Shown here: positions 18,104-28,250 of the stretch, piece by piece | Layout: each line of letters opens with the position of its first letter | How positions within the stretch are numbered: position 1 is the first letter of the stretch | Assembly: GCA_965223545.1 (NCBI GenBank) | Contig: OZ245006.1 | Location: 3,712,001-3,776,000 of the forward strand | Direction: 5' to 3' | Length of the DNA: 64,000 nt | From: Planctomycetota bacterium | GTDB lineage: Bacteria > Planctomycetota > UBA1135 > UBA2386 | The notes under the pieces: model-generated | Told to the model about the DNA's origin: nothing | Seen by the model: the letters and a program-made list of their open reading frames with translations, nothing else | Databases searched by the model: none | Made by a program: the position numbers and the translations under genes

Positions 18104-19024
18104 TCAGAACCGCTGGATCTCGATCTTCTGGCCGCCGTTCCAGCGCTGGTGCATCTCGAGGCTCTCGGCCAAGGTCTGCATGCCGAGTTCGGCACGGCGC
18201 TGATCGACGGTCTCGGCATCCTCGAGTGGGAACACCAACGTGCGTCCCTTTGCGTCTTGCACGATCTGCGTGCCATAGCGCTGGCGACGCCCATCGAACA
18301 TCAACACGCGGTCGAGCAGGTTGGCGTAGTCCTCGCCGTTGGGGAGTCGCTTCGCGTCGACGTCGGCCTTGATCGCCGGCAAGGCCGCGCGCATCAACGA
18401 GAGATCCGTGCTGTGCACCACCAACTCCCAGGCGGCGCGGGCGGACTCGATCCCGAACCGCTCGACGTCGACCCAGCCGAAACGCCCGACCAATCCCGCG
18501 AGATACGCAGTGTTCTCGGCATCGATCTTCTGCATCTTCTTCTCGTTCACGGTGCCGGTCCGCACCGCGCGGTCTTTGGCCACTCGCTTGGCGAGCTCGT
18601 TGTTGGCGCGTCGGACATCCCTGCGATCCGGCGGGTCAGCCCCCAATTCGAACGGGGTGTGTTCGAACTCGGGGAGCGGCTCGGCGGCGCGCCGGTAGCG
18701 CCGCGGCTTCCGCTCGCCCGGAATCGTGACCGCCAGCTCTTCGCCGACCAATTCGAACTGGAGAGGTAGCACGGTGCCGTGAACGTTGAGCTCGAGACCC
18801 TGCCCCTGCGTGCGGGCGAGAAACGCGCGGAGCTCGCCGCCGCGGGCGGTCCACACGCATCGGTCGGCCTCGAGCCGCAAGACCTGTCGCTTCTTGCCCT
18901 CGCCGGCCTCCCAATCGCCAACCCATGCCTGTTGGTCGCCATCACTCTGGCCACTCACACTCGCCGACAGAACCAGCCATGCGCTGGCGACGAGGAGGAT
19001 CCTTGCCAATCTTCGAGTTCGCAT
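18104..19024 (-). CDS. Secreted DUF6624-like protein
   Basis: ID..NT..L...V...GW, AW.LV.H, YA.LLDR.....GRRQRYGTQ and ED...VD.RRAELG motifs. Confidence 0.75.
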   Translation of the reverse strand: MRTRRLARILLVASAWLVLSASVSGQSDGDQQAWVGDWEAGEGKKRQVLRLEADRCVWTARGGELRAFLARTQGQGLELNVHGTVLPLQFELVGEELAVTIPGERKPRRYRRAAEPLPEFEHTPFELGADPPDRRDVRRANNELAKRVAKDRAVRTGTVNEKKMQKIDAENTAYLAGLVGRFGWVDVERFGIESARAAWELVVHSTDLSLMRAALPAIKADVDAKRLPNGEDYANLLDRVLMFDGRRQRYGTQIVQDAKGRTLVFPLEDAETVDQRRAELGMQTLAESLEMHQRWNGGQKIEIQRF

Positions 19025-19112
19025 CGGTGTTGCTCTTCTGGTTGAAGGCAGAGGGGCCGCCGCATGCTATCCGACCGCGTCTACGCTCTCTTGACGACGA
19101 CCGCCCACCGCC

Positions 19113-20231
19113 ATGACCGACCCGACCCCCACCGTGACCCCTCCGCAGCGCGTGTCGCTCCTGTTGCTCGCCGCGTTCGCCACCGCGTGCTCGCTGGCAA
19201 CCCGCCCGGCGCAGCGACCGACAGCGGTTGACGATGCGGCGATCCGGGAATTCTGGCGCATCCAGGACGCTCTTGCCGAGGGCGTGGAGTTGGCGGACGA
19301 CGCCTGGCAACCCATGTTCGACACCACTGCCTACCGGTGGCTCGCCGCTCGCGCGGACCAACAACAGCGAATCCGGCAACGCATGCGCATCGCGTTTCAG
19401 CCCGATCGATCCCAAGTGCTCGACTGGGTCGCTGCCGCCGATGGCTACGAGGCGGTGTTGCGCGGGCACTACCTGCGCATGCGCGACGAGCGACGGGAGC
19501 TCGAGGCGTGGGTGTCGGCGATGGCGCAGCGTTCTACGATGACCGAGGCCATGGCGCTGGCGCGACAACACCTGCCCGCGGAAGTGCCGCCCGAGGGCAC
19601 GCCGCCGCCGCCGGTGTACCTGGCGCTTTGGGGCCCGGACGCGTTCGGGGACGACGCCGTTTACGTGGATGCTCTCAAGGCGCGCGATCTCGGCGAGCAC
19701 TTGCCACTGCTGGTCGCCCACGAGTTCCATCACGTCTTCTACACAGGAGCGAGTCCGCTACCCGAGCTGCCACAGGAGCACGAGTCCTATTGGTTGCTGC
19801 ACACTCTGCGCCAGCTGCACTTGGAGGGGTTGGCGGATCGCATCGACAAGAAGAGCTATCCGATCGCGAGCTCACCCGGCGACACGGCGGGCTACGCCGC
19901 CAACTTCAATCGCTACTACGACACGGCGCCGCGCACGCTGCGCAGCTTCGACGCCGCGTTGCGCACGATGGCCCGGGAGCCGGAACGAGTCGCCGACCTC
20001 GCGCGCAAGGCGTGGGGGTTGTTTCACTACGGCGCGCATCCGGAGGGCTTCTTCATGGCAAATACGGTTGCTGCGGCCTTGGGACCACGCGCCCTGCTCG
20101 CCGACGTTGGCGATCCGTTCGCGTTCGTGCGTCGCTTTCACTCCGTCACCGCCTCGGATCCTGTGTTCTCGGACGAGGCGATGGAGTTCTTGGCGCGAAT
20201 CGAGGCATCGCTGCGGGACGCGCAGGACTGA
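19113..20231 (+). CDS. Putative Zn-dependent protease lipoprotein (DUF5700-like gluzincin)
   Basis: Lipobox-like ATAC, HEFHH, downstream LEGLAD and HPEGFFMA. Confidence 0.75.
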   Translation: MTDPTPTVTPPQRVSLLLLAAFATACSLATRPAQRPTAVDDAAIREFWRIQDALAEGVELADDAWQPMFDTTAYRWLAARADQQQRIRQRMRIAFQPDRSQVLDWVAAADGYEAVLRGHYLRMRDERRELEAWVSAMAQRSTMTEAMALARQHLPAEVPPEGTPPPPVYLALWGPDAFGDDAVYVDALKARDLGEHLPLLVAHEFHHVFYTGASPLPELPQEHESYWLLHTLRQLHLEGLADRIDKKSYPIASSPGDTAGYAANFNRYYDTAPRTLRSFDAALRTMAREPERVADLARKAWGLFHYGAHPEGFFMANTVAAALGPRALLADVGDPFAFVRRFHSVTASDPVFSDEAMEFLARIEASLRDAQD

Positions 20232-20351
20232 CGGCCGACTCGCCGCGCAGCGACCTCGGGCTCGCCCGAGCCGTAACGCTCTCCCACTCGCGCACGACCC
20301 TTTTGGTGAGCCACGCCGTGGCGTCTACCAGGAATCCGAAAGGAGATCGTG

Positions 20352-20906
20352 ATGAGAGTTCGAGTTCTCGCGGCCGCCGCGACGGCTTTGGCCGCGCATG
20401 CCGCTACTTACCTGAGCGTGCCGACCGCGGTCGGCGGCCCGGTGACCAGCGTGGTGCATGCGCAGTTGTCACCCCAACCCTTCGACCGCTACGCCAGCGA
20501 CGCCGTTGATGTCGTCCTCGGCCGCGTAATCCACACGCGCGCCATGGACACTGCGCGCGGCATCGTCACCTCCGAGCACACGATCCAAGTGCTGCACTCG
20601 GTGCGCGGTCGGGCCACCGGCTCGATCGCGGTACGGATGATCGGCGGCAGGACTGCGACGCAACGCACGATCATGCGTGGGGCGCCCACGCTGCGCGCAG
20701 GCGAGGACGTCGTGCTCTTTCTGTGCCAAGCGCCCGGCACCGACCACTTCGGAATCCTCGGGCTCGAGTCGGGCACCTACCGCGTCACTGACCTGGCCGG
20801 CCGCCCCCGCGTCGACGGGAGGTACTCGCAGGCCGAGGATCTCGGCGTCTTCTTGGACCGCGTTGCGCGCACGGACTGGCTGTTCGCCGGGGAGGAAGGG
20901 CGATGA
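20352..20906 (+). CDS. Secreted partner protein upstream of the matrixin-like protease
   Basis: Signal peptide. V.GRV, GG...GAPTL..GE.V.LFL pattern. ATGA overlap with the protease gene. Confidence 0.75.
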   Translation: MRVRVLAAAATALAAHAATYLSVPTAVGGPVTSVVHAQLSPQPFDRYASDAVDVVLGRVIHTRAMDTARGIVTSEHTIQVLHSVRGRATGSIAVRMIGGRTATQRTIMRGAPTLRAGEDVVLFLCQAPGTDHFGILGLESGTYRVTDLAGRPRVDGRYSQAEDLGVFLDRVARTDWLFAGEEGR

Positions 20907-22702
20907 AGGGGCACCGCTTCGGAACTCACACCGTCACGCTCGCGCTGGCAGCAGCCACCGGTCTCTCGCTGCCCCGCTTCGGCGGAGGTGAGGTCTACTG
21001 CAATGGCGGGACGCCGCCAGAGGTCGTCGAACGGTGGCCGAGCATTCCGCCGACCGGAGTGCCGTGGTCCGTCGCCACCGGATGGGCGACGCCGCGAGCC
21101 ATGCCGGGCTACCCATCGACCTCGTGCTACTCGGGTCCCGCGGAGCAGCTGCCGGGAGTGCAGAGCGTGGCGGCGGCGGCAGCGGCCTGGACCGACGTGC
21201 GGGCGCCGTTGCCTGGCGCCAATCCACCGATCGTCTCGGCGTTCCGTTTCAGCCCGACGATGGCGGGGTGGGGGTCGTCGTCGGCAACCCAGTCCCGAGT
21301 GGTGCAGGACGGCGTCAACTTGGTCAGCGGCTGGGAGATCCCCGCGACCTTCCAGAATGGCGGGGGCCAATTCACGCTGGGGATTGCCGCCGTCTTCATC
21401 GACGCGGCCACCGGCGACATCCTCGAGACCGACATCGCGCTCAACTCGCTGTGGGAAGTGACTCCGGGGTCCGGCCAGAACTGGTGGAGCTTCGTCGAGA
21501 AGAACACCGCCGATGGCCTTTTCTACGCGTCCTGGTGGGACTCCGCCGGCACGCCGACGTTCAACGAACCACAGTTGGGATACGTGGACCTGCAGTCCGT
21601 GCTCACCCATGAGTTCGGTCATTTCGCGGGCCTCGGACACTCGCTGCTCGACAGCGCTCACCGACACCCCTTCCAAGAGTCGGAGTTTCCGACGATGTTC
21701 CCGATCGCGCAGGCCGGCAACATGCCCAACGCCTGGCTGCCGCTCCACTACGTCACCGACACGTGCACGCCGACCGCGTACTACCCCGCCGGCGGCCGTG
21801 CCTACTGGGCGATCGAGGCCGACAGCCTCGAAGAAGACGACATCGCGGCGATCGCCGCGCTGTATCCGTTGCCGGCGTTCCAGACCGAGCTCGGAAAGAT
21901 CTCCGGCACGGTCTGGCGTGACTCCGAAGCCACCGTCGAGCTGGGCGCTCACGTCGTCGCCATCCGCGCCGACGATCCGGACACCGGCCGGGTGAGTACG
22001 CTCTGCCGGAGCGGCGGCTACACCATCGAGGGGTTGTCGGCGGGTTGGTACTACGTGTACGTCGAGCCCATCGACCAACCCGCCGTCGGTTCCGGCGCCG
22101 AGCAGTTCTACTTCCGCACCGGCGACCCGCCGAACTACGCCGATCTGTCGACGTCTTCTTGTGTGTCGGTGCCGACCTACTTCGTCACCGAGTTTTGGAA
22201 TCAGCACGAGGAGTTCGGCGAGAGCGAGCCGATGCGCTGCAGCCGCATCTACGTCTCCGCAGGCCACACGCGCAGCGGCATCAACTTCCGCGTCGACACC
22301 ACCGGCGCAACGGTCGCCGATCGCATGGGCGTGCGCGCGGATGGAACCAGCCAGCGGCTGTCACCGCGCGGCATCTTCATGTCGGGAATCGCAGGCACAC
22401 GCACCGACGTCGAAGTCGTCATCAGCCTGCCCCCGTCCCTGGCGGGAGCAACGGTCGAGCTGTGGTCCGACCGCTCCCGGCAAGCTTCGATGCTCGACCA
22501 CCAGATGTGGACGATCGACACGACCGTGGGCAGTGTGCTGACCCAGACCGTACCGGCCTCCGGCGTCGTGTCGTTCTCGTGCTCGATCGCGTGCGGCTTC
22601 GGTAGCGCCGGGTTCACGAACTACTTCTGCCAAGCTCGGGTGCCGGACGGGGCTGGGGGCTTCATCGTCACCAACCCACTGAACATCTGGATCGTCGACT
22701 GA
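20903..22702 (+). CDS. Matrixin-family (metzincin) metalloprotease with carboxypeptidase-regulatory-like and shared C-terminal domains
   Basis: ETDIALN, HEFGHFAGLGHS, Met-turn PTMFP, LEEDDIAAIAALYP and ISGTV...GGYTIEGLSAGWYYVYVEP. Confidence 0.9.
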   Translation: MKGHRFGTHTVTLALAAATGLSLPRFGGGEVYCNGGTPPEVVERWPSIPPTGVPWSVATGWATPRAMPGYPSTSCYSGPAEQLPGVQSVAAAAAAWTDVRAPLPGANPPIVSAFRFSPTMAGWGSSSATQSRVVQDGVNLVSGWEIPATFQNGGGQFTLGIAAVFIDAATGDILETDIALNSLWEVTPGSGQNWWSFVEKNTADGLFYASWWDSAGTPTFNEPQLGYVDLQSVLTHEFGHFAGLGHSLLDSAHRHPFQESEFPTMFPIAQAGNMPNAWLPLHYVTDTCTPTAYYPAGGRAYWAIEADSLEEDDIAAIAALYPLPAFQTELGKISGTVWRDSEATVELGAHVVAIRADDPDTGRVSTLCRSGGYTIEGLSAGWYYVYVEPIDQPAVGSGAEQFYFRTGDPPNYADLSTSSCVSVPTYFVTEFWNQHEEFGESEPMRCSRIYVSAGHTRSGINFRVDTTGATVADRMGVRADGTSQRLSPRGIFMSGIAGTRTDVEVVISLPPSLAGATVELWSDRSRQASMLDHQMWTIDTTVGSVLTQTVPASGVVSFSCSIACGFGSAGFTNYFCQARVPDGAGGFIVTNPLNIWIVD

Positions 22703-22814
22703 CCGAGGGGCCGGGCACCAAAAAATGCTGGGGGTTCCGCCCCGTTGGCGGCGCACTGTAGTCGAGCGGGCGATCCGAAGCCCGCCGACACCCCCCAGTC
22801 AGCCCCGTCCGCCC

Positions 22815-23375
22815 ATGCCCACTCCCGACCAACAGACCCAGTCGATGATCGCCAACCTCGAGGCCAAGACCGGCAAGACCTTGCCACAGTGGGTCGCCAT
22901 CGCGCGGGCCTGCGGCCTCGACAAGCACGGCAAGATCGTCAGCCACCTCAAGAGCGAGCACGGCCTCACCCACGGCTACGCCAATCTCGTCGCCCACACT
23001 CTGCTGCGCTCGGACGCCGGATCGAGCGCCGACGACGACCTCCTCGCCGGCCAGTACGCGGGGGCGAAAACGGTGCTCCGGCCGATCTACGACGCGATCG
23101 TCGCCGCCTGTCGCGGCTTTGGCGACGATGTCGAGCTGTCGCCCAAGAAGGCCTATGTCAGCCTCCGGCGCAGCAAACAGTTCGCCCTGGTGCAGCCATC
23201 GACCAAGACGCGCGTCGACCTCGGTCTCAACCTCAAGGGTGTCGAGCCGGATGGTCGGCTGGAGGCCTCCGGATCGTTCAATGCGATGTGCTCCCACCGC
23301 GTGCGGTTGGCGGACGTCAGCGATGTCGACGCCGCGGTGGTCGGCTGGCTCGAGCAAGCGTACGAACGGGCGTGA
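22815..23375 (+). CDS. DUF4287/DUF5655 domain protein
   Basis: NLEAKTGK, LKSEHGLTHGYANL, KKAYVSLRR.KQFA and WL.QAYE motifs. Start re-set to ATG 22815. Confidence 0.9.
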   Translation: MPTPDQQTQSMIANLEAKTGKTLPQWVAIARACGLDKHGKIVSHLKSEHGLTHGYANLVAHTLLRSDAGSSADDDLLAGQYAGAKTVLRPIYDAIVAACRGFGDDVELSPKKAYVSLRRSKQFALVQPSTKTRVDLGLNLKGVEPDGRLEASGSFNAMCSHRVRLADVSDVDAAVVGWLEQAYERA

Positions 23376-23419
23376 GCGGCCCTCGAGGAAGCGCGAGCAT
23401 CGAGTCGGGCTGCGCACGT

Positions 23420-23516
23420 TCGATTCGTGGTGCGAATCGATTGAGTAAGTTGTATTAGACCCAACGAATCATCAGTCGGCGCTAGGTTCGGTCGAGTCAA
23501 CGGTTGGGACCGAACC
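23420..23516 (+). promoter_or_regulatory. Structured intergenic/leader region of the ynb operon
   Basis: TCGATTCG/CGAATCGA (23420-27/23433-40) and GGTTCGGTC/GACCGAACC (23485-93/23508-16) inverted repeats, the second abutting the AGAGGAG RBS. Confidence 0.4.
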
Positions 23517-23529
23517 AGAGGAGCTGACG

Positions 23530-25323
23530 ATGATCGCTACGCAACGCACGACACACCGCACGACCGAGGTCGCCACGGGGCGCGTCGCCCTGTCGGACGG
23601 GGCCCGCCTGTTCTACCGCCACTGGCAGCCCGCGGTTCCAGCGCGCCACGCGCTGGTGCTGCTCCACCGCGGGCACGAGCACTCTGGCCGGCTCGAGGAC
23701 GTCGTGACCGCGCTCGGCTTGGCAGACGTAGCGGTGTTCGCGTGGGATGCGCGTGGCCATGGGCACTCCGACGGCGCGCGAGGGCAGACCCCGAGCTTCG
23801 CCCGCCTGGTGCGCGACCTGGAGGAGTTCACCCGACACATCCGCGATCGGCACGGGTTTCAGCACGATCAGCTCACCGTGCTCGGTCACAGCGTCGGCGC
23901 GGTGATCGCCACGACTTGGGTGCACGACTACGCGCCGCGCATCGCCGGGCTCGTGCTGGTGACGCCGGCGTTCGCGATCCGGCTGTACGTGCCGTTCGCG
24001 ATTCCCGGCCTGCGCGCGCTGACGCGCCTGCGCCGCGGCAGGCCGACGTTCATCAAGAGCTTCGTCAGCGGACGCTTGCTGACCCACGATCGCGCCCAAG
24101 CCGCGCGCTACGACACCGACCCGCTGATCAGTCGCGATATCCCGGCACATGTCTTGGTGCAGATGCGCGACGCGGCGCAGCGCGTGGTCGATGACGCGGC
24201 CGTGATCCGCGTCCCGACGCTCGTGCTGACTGGCGGCGCGGACTGGGTGGTGCGCCTCGATGCCCAACGGAGGTTCTTCGGCATGCTCGGTGCCAGCGAC
24301 AAGCACATGCGGGTGTTCGATGGGCTCTACCACGATCTGCTGCACGAGCGCGACCGCGCAGCGGTGCTGGGCGAGATTCGCAGCTTCGTCGACCGAGCCG
24401 GCGACCGCCAACGACCGGCTCCGCTGCTCGACGCCGACTGCGCCGGCCCGACGCACGACGAACACGCCGCTCTGTGCCTGCCGTTGCCGGTCTGGCAGCC
24501 GCGGCGCTGGGGTTTCGCGCTGCAATCGCTCGCGCTGCGGACGGTCGGCCGCCTCAGCACGGGAATCCGGCTGGGGCTGGAGACGGGCTTCGACTCGGGT
24601 CAAACCCTCGATTACGTCTACGCCGACCGACCGCGCGGAGCCCTCGGCATCGGCCGCTGGATCGACCGCGCCTACCTGAACTCGATCGGCTGGCGCGGGA
24701 TTCGCGAGCGCAAACGCAACATCGATACGCTGCTCGAGCAGACCATCGCCGCGATCCTCGGCCGCGGTGAGACCGTGCGCATTCTCGACATCGCCACCGG
24801 CGTCGGACGCGCCGTGCTCGACGCAATGCGGCACCACGACGGCGCGCCGATCGAAGCCGTGCTCCGCGACAACGTGGAGGCAAACCTGGCGCGCGGCCGC
24901 GCAATGGCGGCCGCGCGCAACCTGACGGGGGTTCGGTTCGATCGGGGCGACGCCTTCGACCCGCGCTCGTTGGCGGCAGTCGACCCGGCGCCCAATCTCG
25001 CGCTGGTCTCCGGCCTGTACGAGCTGTTCCCCGCAAACGAACCGGTGCGGCGATCTCTGCGCGGCGTCGCGGCCGCGTTGCGCCGCGGCACGACGGACCG
25101 CGGCCCGGCGTTCTTGGTCTACACCGGACAACCGTGGCACCCGCAACTCGAGACCATCGCCAGGGTCCTCGACAACCGGGATGGCGAGGCCTGGTGCATG
25201 CGCCGCCGCAGTCAGGAGGAGCTCGACGATCTGGTCGCCGACGCGGGCTTCGAGAAGATCGACACCCGCATCGACGACGACGGCATCTTCACGGTCTCCC
25301 TCGCGCGTTTGGTCCGGCCATGA
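23530..25323 (+). CDS. ynbC: Bifunctional alpha/beta hydrolase / class I SAM-dependent methyltransferase
   Basis: LLHRGHEHSGR, WDARGHG, GHSVG, GFDSG.TLDYVY, LDIATG.G, VSGLYELF and YTGQPWHPQLE motifs. Confidence 0.92.
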   Translation: MIATQRTTHRTTEVATGRVALSDGARLFYRHWQPAVPARHALVLLHRGHEHSGRLEDVVTALGLADVAVFAWDARGHGHSDGARGQTPSFARLVRDLEEFTRHIRDRHGFQHDQLTVLGHSVGAVIATTWVHDYAPRIAGLVLVTPAFAIRLYVPFAIPGLRALTRLRRGRPTFIKSFVSGRLLTHDRAQAARYDTDPLISRDIPAHVLVQMRDAAQRVVDDAAVIRVPTLVLTGGADWVVRLDAQRRFFGMLGASDKHMRVFDGLYHDLLHERDRAAVLGEIRSFVDRAGDRQRPAPLLDADCAGPTHDEHAALCLPLPVWQPRRWGFALQSLALRTVGRLSTGIRLGLETGFDSGQTLDYVYADRPRGALGIGRWIDRAYLNSIGWRGIRERKRNIDTLLEQTIAAILGRGETVRILDIATGVGRAVLDAMRHHDGAPIEAVLRDNVEANLARGRAMAAARNLTGVRFDRGDAFDPRSLAAVDPAPNLALVSGLYELFPANEPVRRSLRGVAAALRRGTTDRGPAFLVYTGQPWHPQLETIARVLDNRDGEAWCMRRRSQEELDDLVADAGFEKIDTRIDDDGIFTVSLARLVRP

Positions 25324-26630
25324 GTGTCGTCGCTCACTCGTCGCAGACGCCGGGCTGGCGCGCGCGCGCGCTGGTGGCCGCGGCGTGCTCCGCGCTGTTC
25401 CTGGCGGTCTACACCGTCACCCAGACGCTGGCCTCCGCGCGATCGGTACCGCCGCCCATCATCGCCGCCGACTGGGAATACGCCATTCCGGTCGTGCCGT
25501 GGACGATCGTTCCGTACGTATCGATCGACGCGCTGTTCGTGTTGGCGCCGTTCGTGGTCTCCACTGCGCGTGAGCTACGGTGCTTCGCCCTGCGGGTCGT
25601 CACAGCGATCGGCATCGCCGCGGCCTGGTTCACCTGCTGGCCGCTGCAGCTCGGGTTCGCGCGCGCTCCCGTCGACGGCGTATTCGGACCGTGGTTCGAC
25701 GCGCTGCACGCCTTCGACGGCCCGCACAATCTGTTTCCCAGCCTGCACATCGCGTTCGCAGTCATCCTGCGCTGGACCTACCACCGCCACCTCCGCGGCA
25801 GCGCGCGTGGGCTGATGCATCTCTGGCTCGCGACAGTATCGATCTCGACGCTGACCACCCACCAGCACCACGCGATCGACGTCGCCGGGGGTGCCGTGCT
25901 CGGTATCGCGGTGGTGTACTTGCATCCGACCGGGGCGCTCGCCCGGCCGATGCAACGCGCAGGCCGCGCACCGCACCGAGGTCTGGCTGCACTGTATGCG
26001 ACTGCCGCCGGCGCCGCGTTGCTCGTCGCCACTCGTGGCTTGTCCACCGCAGGCACGATCGCGTGCCTGTGGATGGGCCTCGCGCTGGCCTTGGTCGGCG
26101 CCGGCTACGCCGGTGCCGGTCCGCGCGTCTTTCGGAAGTCTCGCGGCTATCTGTCGTACCCCGCTCGCTTCTTGCTGGCTCCATACCTGATCGGATTGCA
26201 CTGCACGCGGCGCTGGTATCGCCGGCGCGACGCCCAAGCGTTTGCCAGCATCGGCGACGGCGTCCACTTCGGCCAGCTGCCCGACGCGCACCTGACCGCA
26301 CGGCTCGAGGCCCTGGGCGTGCGCGGCCTCGTCGACCTCACCGCCGAACACTCCGCGCCGCGCGCTGTCCGCCACTGGTGCTACGCGAATCCGCAGCTGT
26401 TGGATCTCGCACCCCCGACCGAGGCCGAGCTCGACACAGTCGTTGCCGCCATCGAGTCGATGCGCAGGCGTGGCGAAGTCTACGTCTGCTGCGCGCTCGG
26501 CTTCGGCCGGGCGCGAGCCGCCGTGGCCCACTGGCTCTGGCGCACGGGACGTGCTGCGGATCGGCAAGCCGCGCGGGCGCGCGTCGCTGCGGCGCGCCCC
26601 CTCCCCGAGGCAAGGAGGATCGCCGCATGA
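25320..26630 (+). CDS. ynbD: PAP2 / dual-specificity phosphatase membrane protein
   Basis: WE..IP.VPWTIVPY.S, FPSLH, STLTTHQHH.IDV, VDLTAE and CX5R (CALGFGR) motifs. ATGA-coupled to ynbC. Confidence 0.9.
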   Translation: MSVVAHSSQTPGWRARALVAAACSALFLAVYTVTQTLASARSVPPPIIAADWEYAIPVVPWTIVPYVSIDALFVLAPFVVSTARELRCFALRVVTAIGIAAAWFTCWPLQLGFARAPVDGVFGPWFDALHAFDGPHNLFPSLHIAFAVILRWTYHRHLRGSARGLMHLWLATVSISTLTTHQHHAIDVAGGAVLGIAVVYLHPTGALARPMQRAGRAPHRGLAALYATAAGAALLVATRGLSTAGTIACLWMGLALALVGAGYAGAGPRVFRKSRGYLSYPARFLLAPYLIGLHCTRRWYRRRDAQAFASIGDGVHFGQLPDAHLTARLEALGVRGLVDLTAEHSAPRAVRHWCYANPQLLDLAPPTEAELDTVVAAIESMRRRGEVYVCCALGFGRARAAVAHWLWRTGRAADRQAARARVAAARPLPEARRIAA

Positions 26631-27304
26631 CGACGCTACGCGCTCCGGCAGCCCGCCGGCCGATCGCGGCGCTCTTCCGCCGCACCGCCGACCGCAGCGT
26701 GGCGTTCTGCGTTCGCCACGGCGTGCATCCCGACGCCATCTCGATCGCCTCGGTCGTGGTCGCCGCTGCCGGCGCCGCGTGCTTCGCGCTGGCCGGCGAC
26801 CGCCCGGGTTTGCTACTGCCCGCTACCGGCCTGATCTACCTGCGCCTGTGGCTCAACATGCTCGACGGCATGGTCGCGCTCGCCGCCGGCAAGGCCACCC
26901 GCTGGGGAGAGGTGATGAACGACCTGCCCGATCGGGTCTCGGACGTCCTGTTGTTCACCGGCGTCGCGCTCAGCGGTCTGGCCGCACCCGCGCACGCCTA
27001 CGGCGCCGCCATTGCCGCCGTGCTGATCGCCTACGTCGGCGTTCTCGGCCAAGCAGTTGGCGGTGCACGCGGCTTTGCCGGGCCGATGTCGAAGCCCTGG
27101 CGCATGGTGGTGCTGCACGCCGGGGCTTGGATCACGCTGTACGACCTGCGCGACGGAACCCCCGAGTGCCTGATCGGGCAGGCCGGAATGACCTGGCTCG
27201 ACGCTGCGTGCTGCATCATCGTCACCGGCGGCATCTGGACCATCGCGCGGCGGCTGCGCATTCTCCACGCCTGGACGCGACGGGTTTCCGCCGATGTTGG
27301 CTGA
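26627..27304 (+). CDS. ynbA: CDP-alcohol phosphatidyltransferase family protein
   Basis: NMLDGMVA...GEVMNDLPDRVSD motif and GPMSKP.R. RBS AAGGAGG. Confidence 0.88.
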   Translation: MTTLRAPAARRPIAALFRRTADRSVAFCVRHGVHPDAISIASVVVAAAGAACFALAGDRPGLLLPATGLIYLRLWLNMLDGMVALAAGKATRWGEVMNDLPDRVSDVLLFTGVALSGLAAPAHAYGAAIAAVLIAYVGVLGQAVGGARGFAGPMSKPWRMVVLHAGAWITLYDLRDGTPECLIGQAGMTWLDAACCIIVTGGIWTIARRLRILHAWTRRVSADVG

Positions 27305-28250
27305 GCTGACACCGGGCGAGATCCGCACGACGTTCACCGTGCTGATCGGCGCCGCGCTCGTGTTTGCCGGGGTCGTGCTCGCTGCCCTGCACCAGTGGTC
27401 GCGGCGCGACGTCGGCGCCGCGGTGCGCGCATACGGCGGATGGTGCTGGATGGTGCCTCCGTTCCTGGCCGCAGCCTGGGTCGGACGCACCGCGATGCTC
27501 CCGCTGCTGGGAGTGGTGAGCACGCTCGCGTTCAAGGAATTCGCCAAGGCCACCGGCCTCTACCGCGACTGGCAAATGACGCTGGTCGGCTATGCCGGGA
27601 TCGCCGCCCTGGTCATCACGGCCGCGGTCGCCGATCCGACGACCGGAGCTCCCGGTTGGTTCGGGCTGTACTGGGCACTGCCGGCATTCTTCGTCGCGGC
27701 CGTGCTCCTCGTGCCGATCCTCCGCGACCGGACCGAGCAGCAGCTGCAAGTGATGGCGCTCGCCACCATCGGGTTCGTCACGACCGGGTGGATGTTCGGC
27801 CACCTGCTGCTGTTCGCCACCACGCCGCATGGCATTGGCGCGCTGTTGTTCATCGTGGTCGCCGTCGAAGCCAACGACGTCGCCGCCTTCGTCAGTGGAC
27901 GGTGGTTCGGGCACCGCCCGCTGCGACCCAGGATCAGTGCCCGGAAGACGATCGGCGGCGCGTTGGGAGCGCTCGCGGTTTCGTTGATCATGCCTTTCGC
28001 CCTCCAGTTCGCGCTGCCGCGATTCGACACGGCACTGCTGCTGCTCACCGGAGCGCTGGTCGGCATCGGCGGCCAACTGGGCGACCTGGCGATCAGCGTG
28101 ATCAAGCGCGACCTCGGCATCAAGGACATGGGCGCGCTGATTCCGGGACACGGCGGTGTGCTCGACCGCATCGACAGCTTGATCTTCGTGGCCCCGCTCT
28201 TCTTCCACTTGGTGCACTTTGCACAACCCGCCCAGGTGCCGCTGCCATGA
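27294..28250 (+). CDS. ynbB: Phosphatidate cytidylyltransferase (CdsA/YnbB family)
   Basis: NDVAAF..G..FG, IS..KT..G and GDL..S.IKRDLGIKDMG.LIPGHGG.LDRIDSL motifs. Confidence 0.92.
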   Translation: MLAELTPGEIRTTFTVLIGAALVFAGVVLAALHQWSRRDVGAAVRAYGGWCWMVPPFLAAAWVGRTAMLPLLGVVSTLAFKEFAKATGLYRDWQMTLVGYAGIAALVITAAVADPTTGAPGWFGLYWALPAFFVAAVLLVPILRDRTEQQLQVMALATIGFVTTGWMFGHLLLFATTPHGIGALLFIVVAVEANDVAAFVSGRWFGHRPLRPRISARKTIGGALGALAVSLIMPFALQFALPRFDTALLLLTGALVGIGGQLGDLAISVIKRDLGIKDMGALIPGHGGVLDRIDSLIFVAPLFFHLVHFAQPAQVPLP

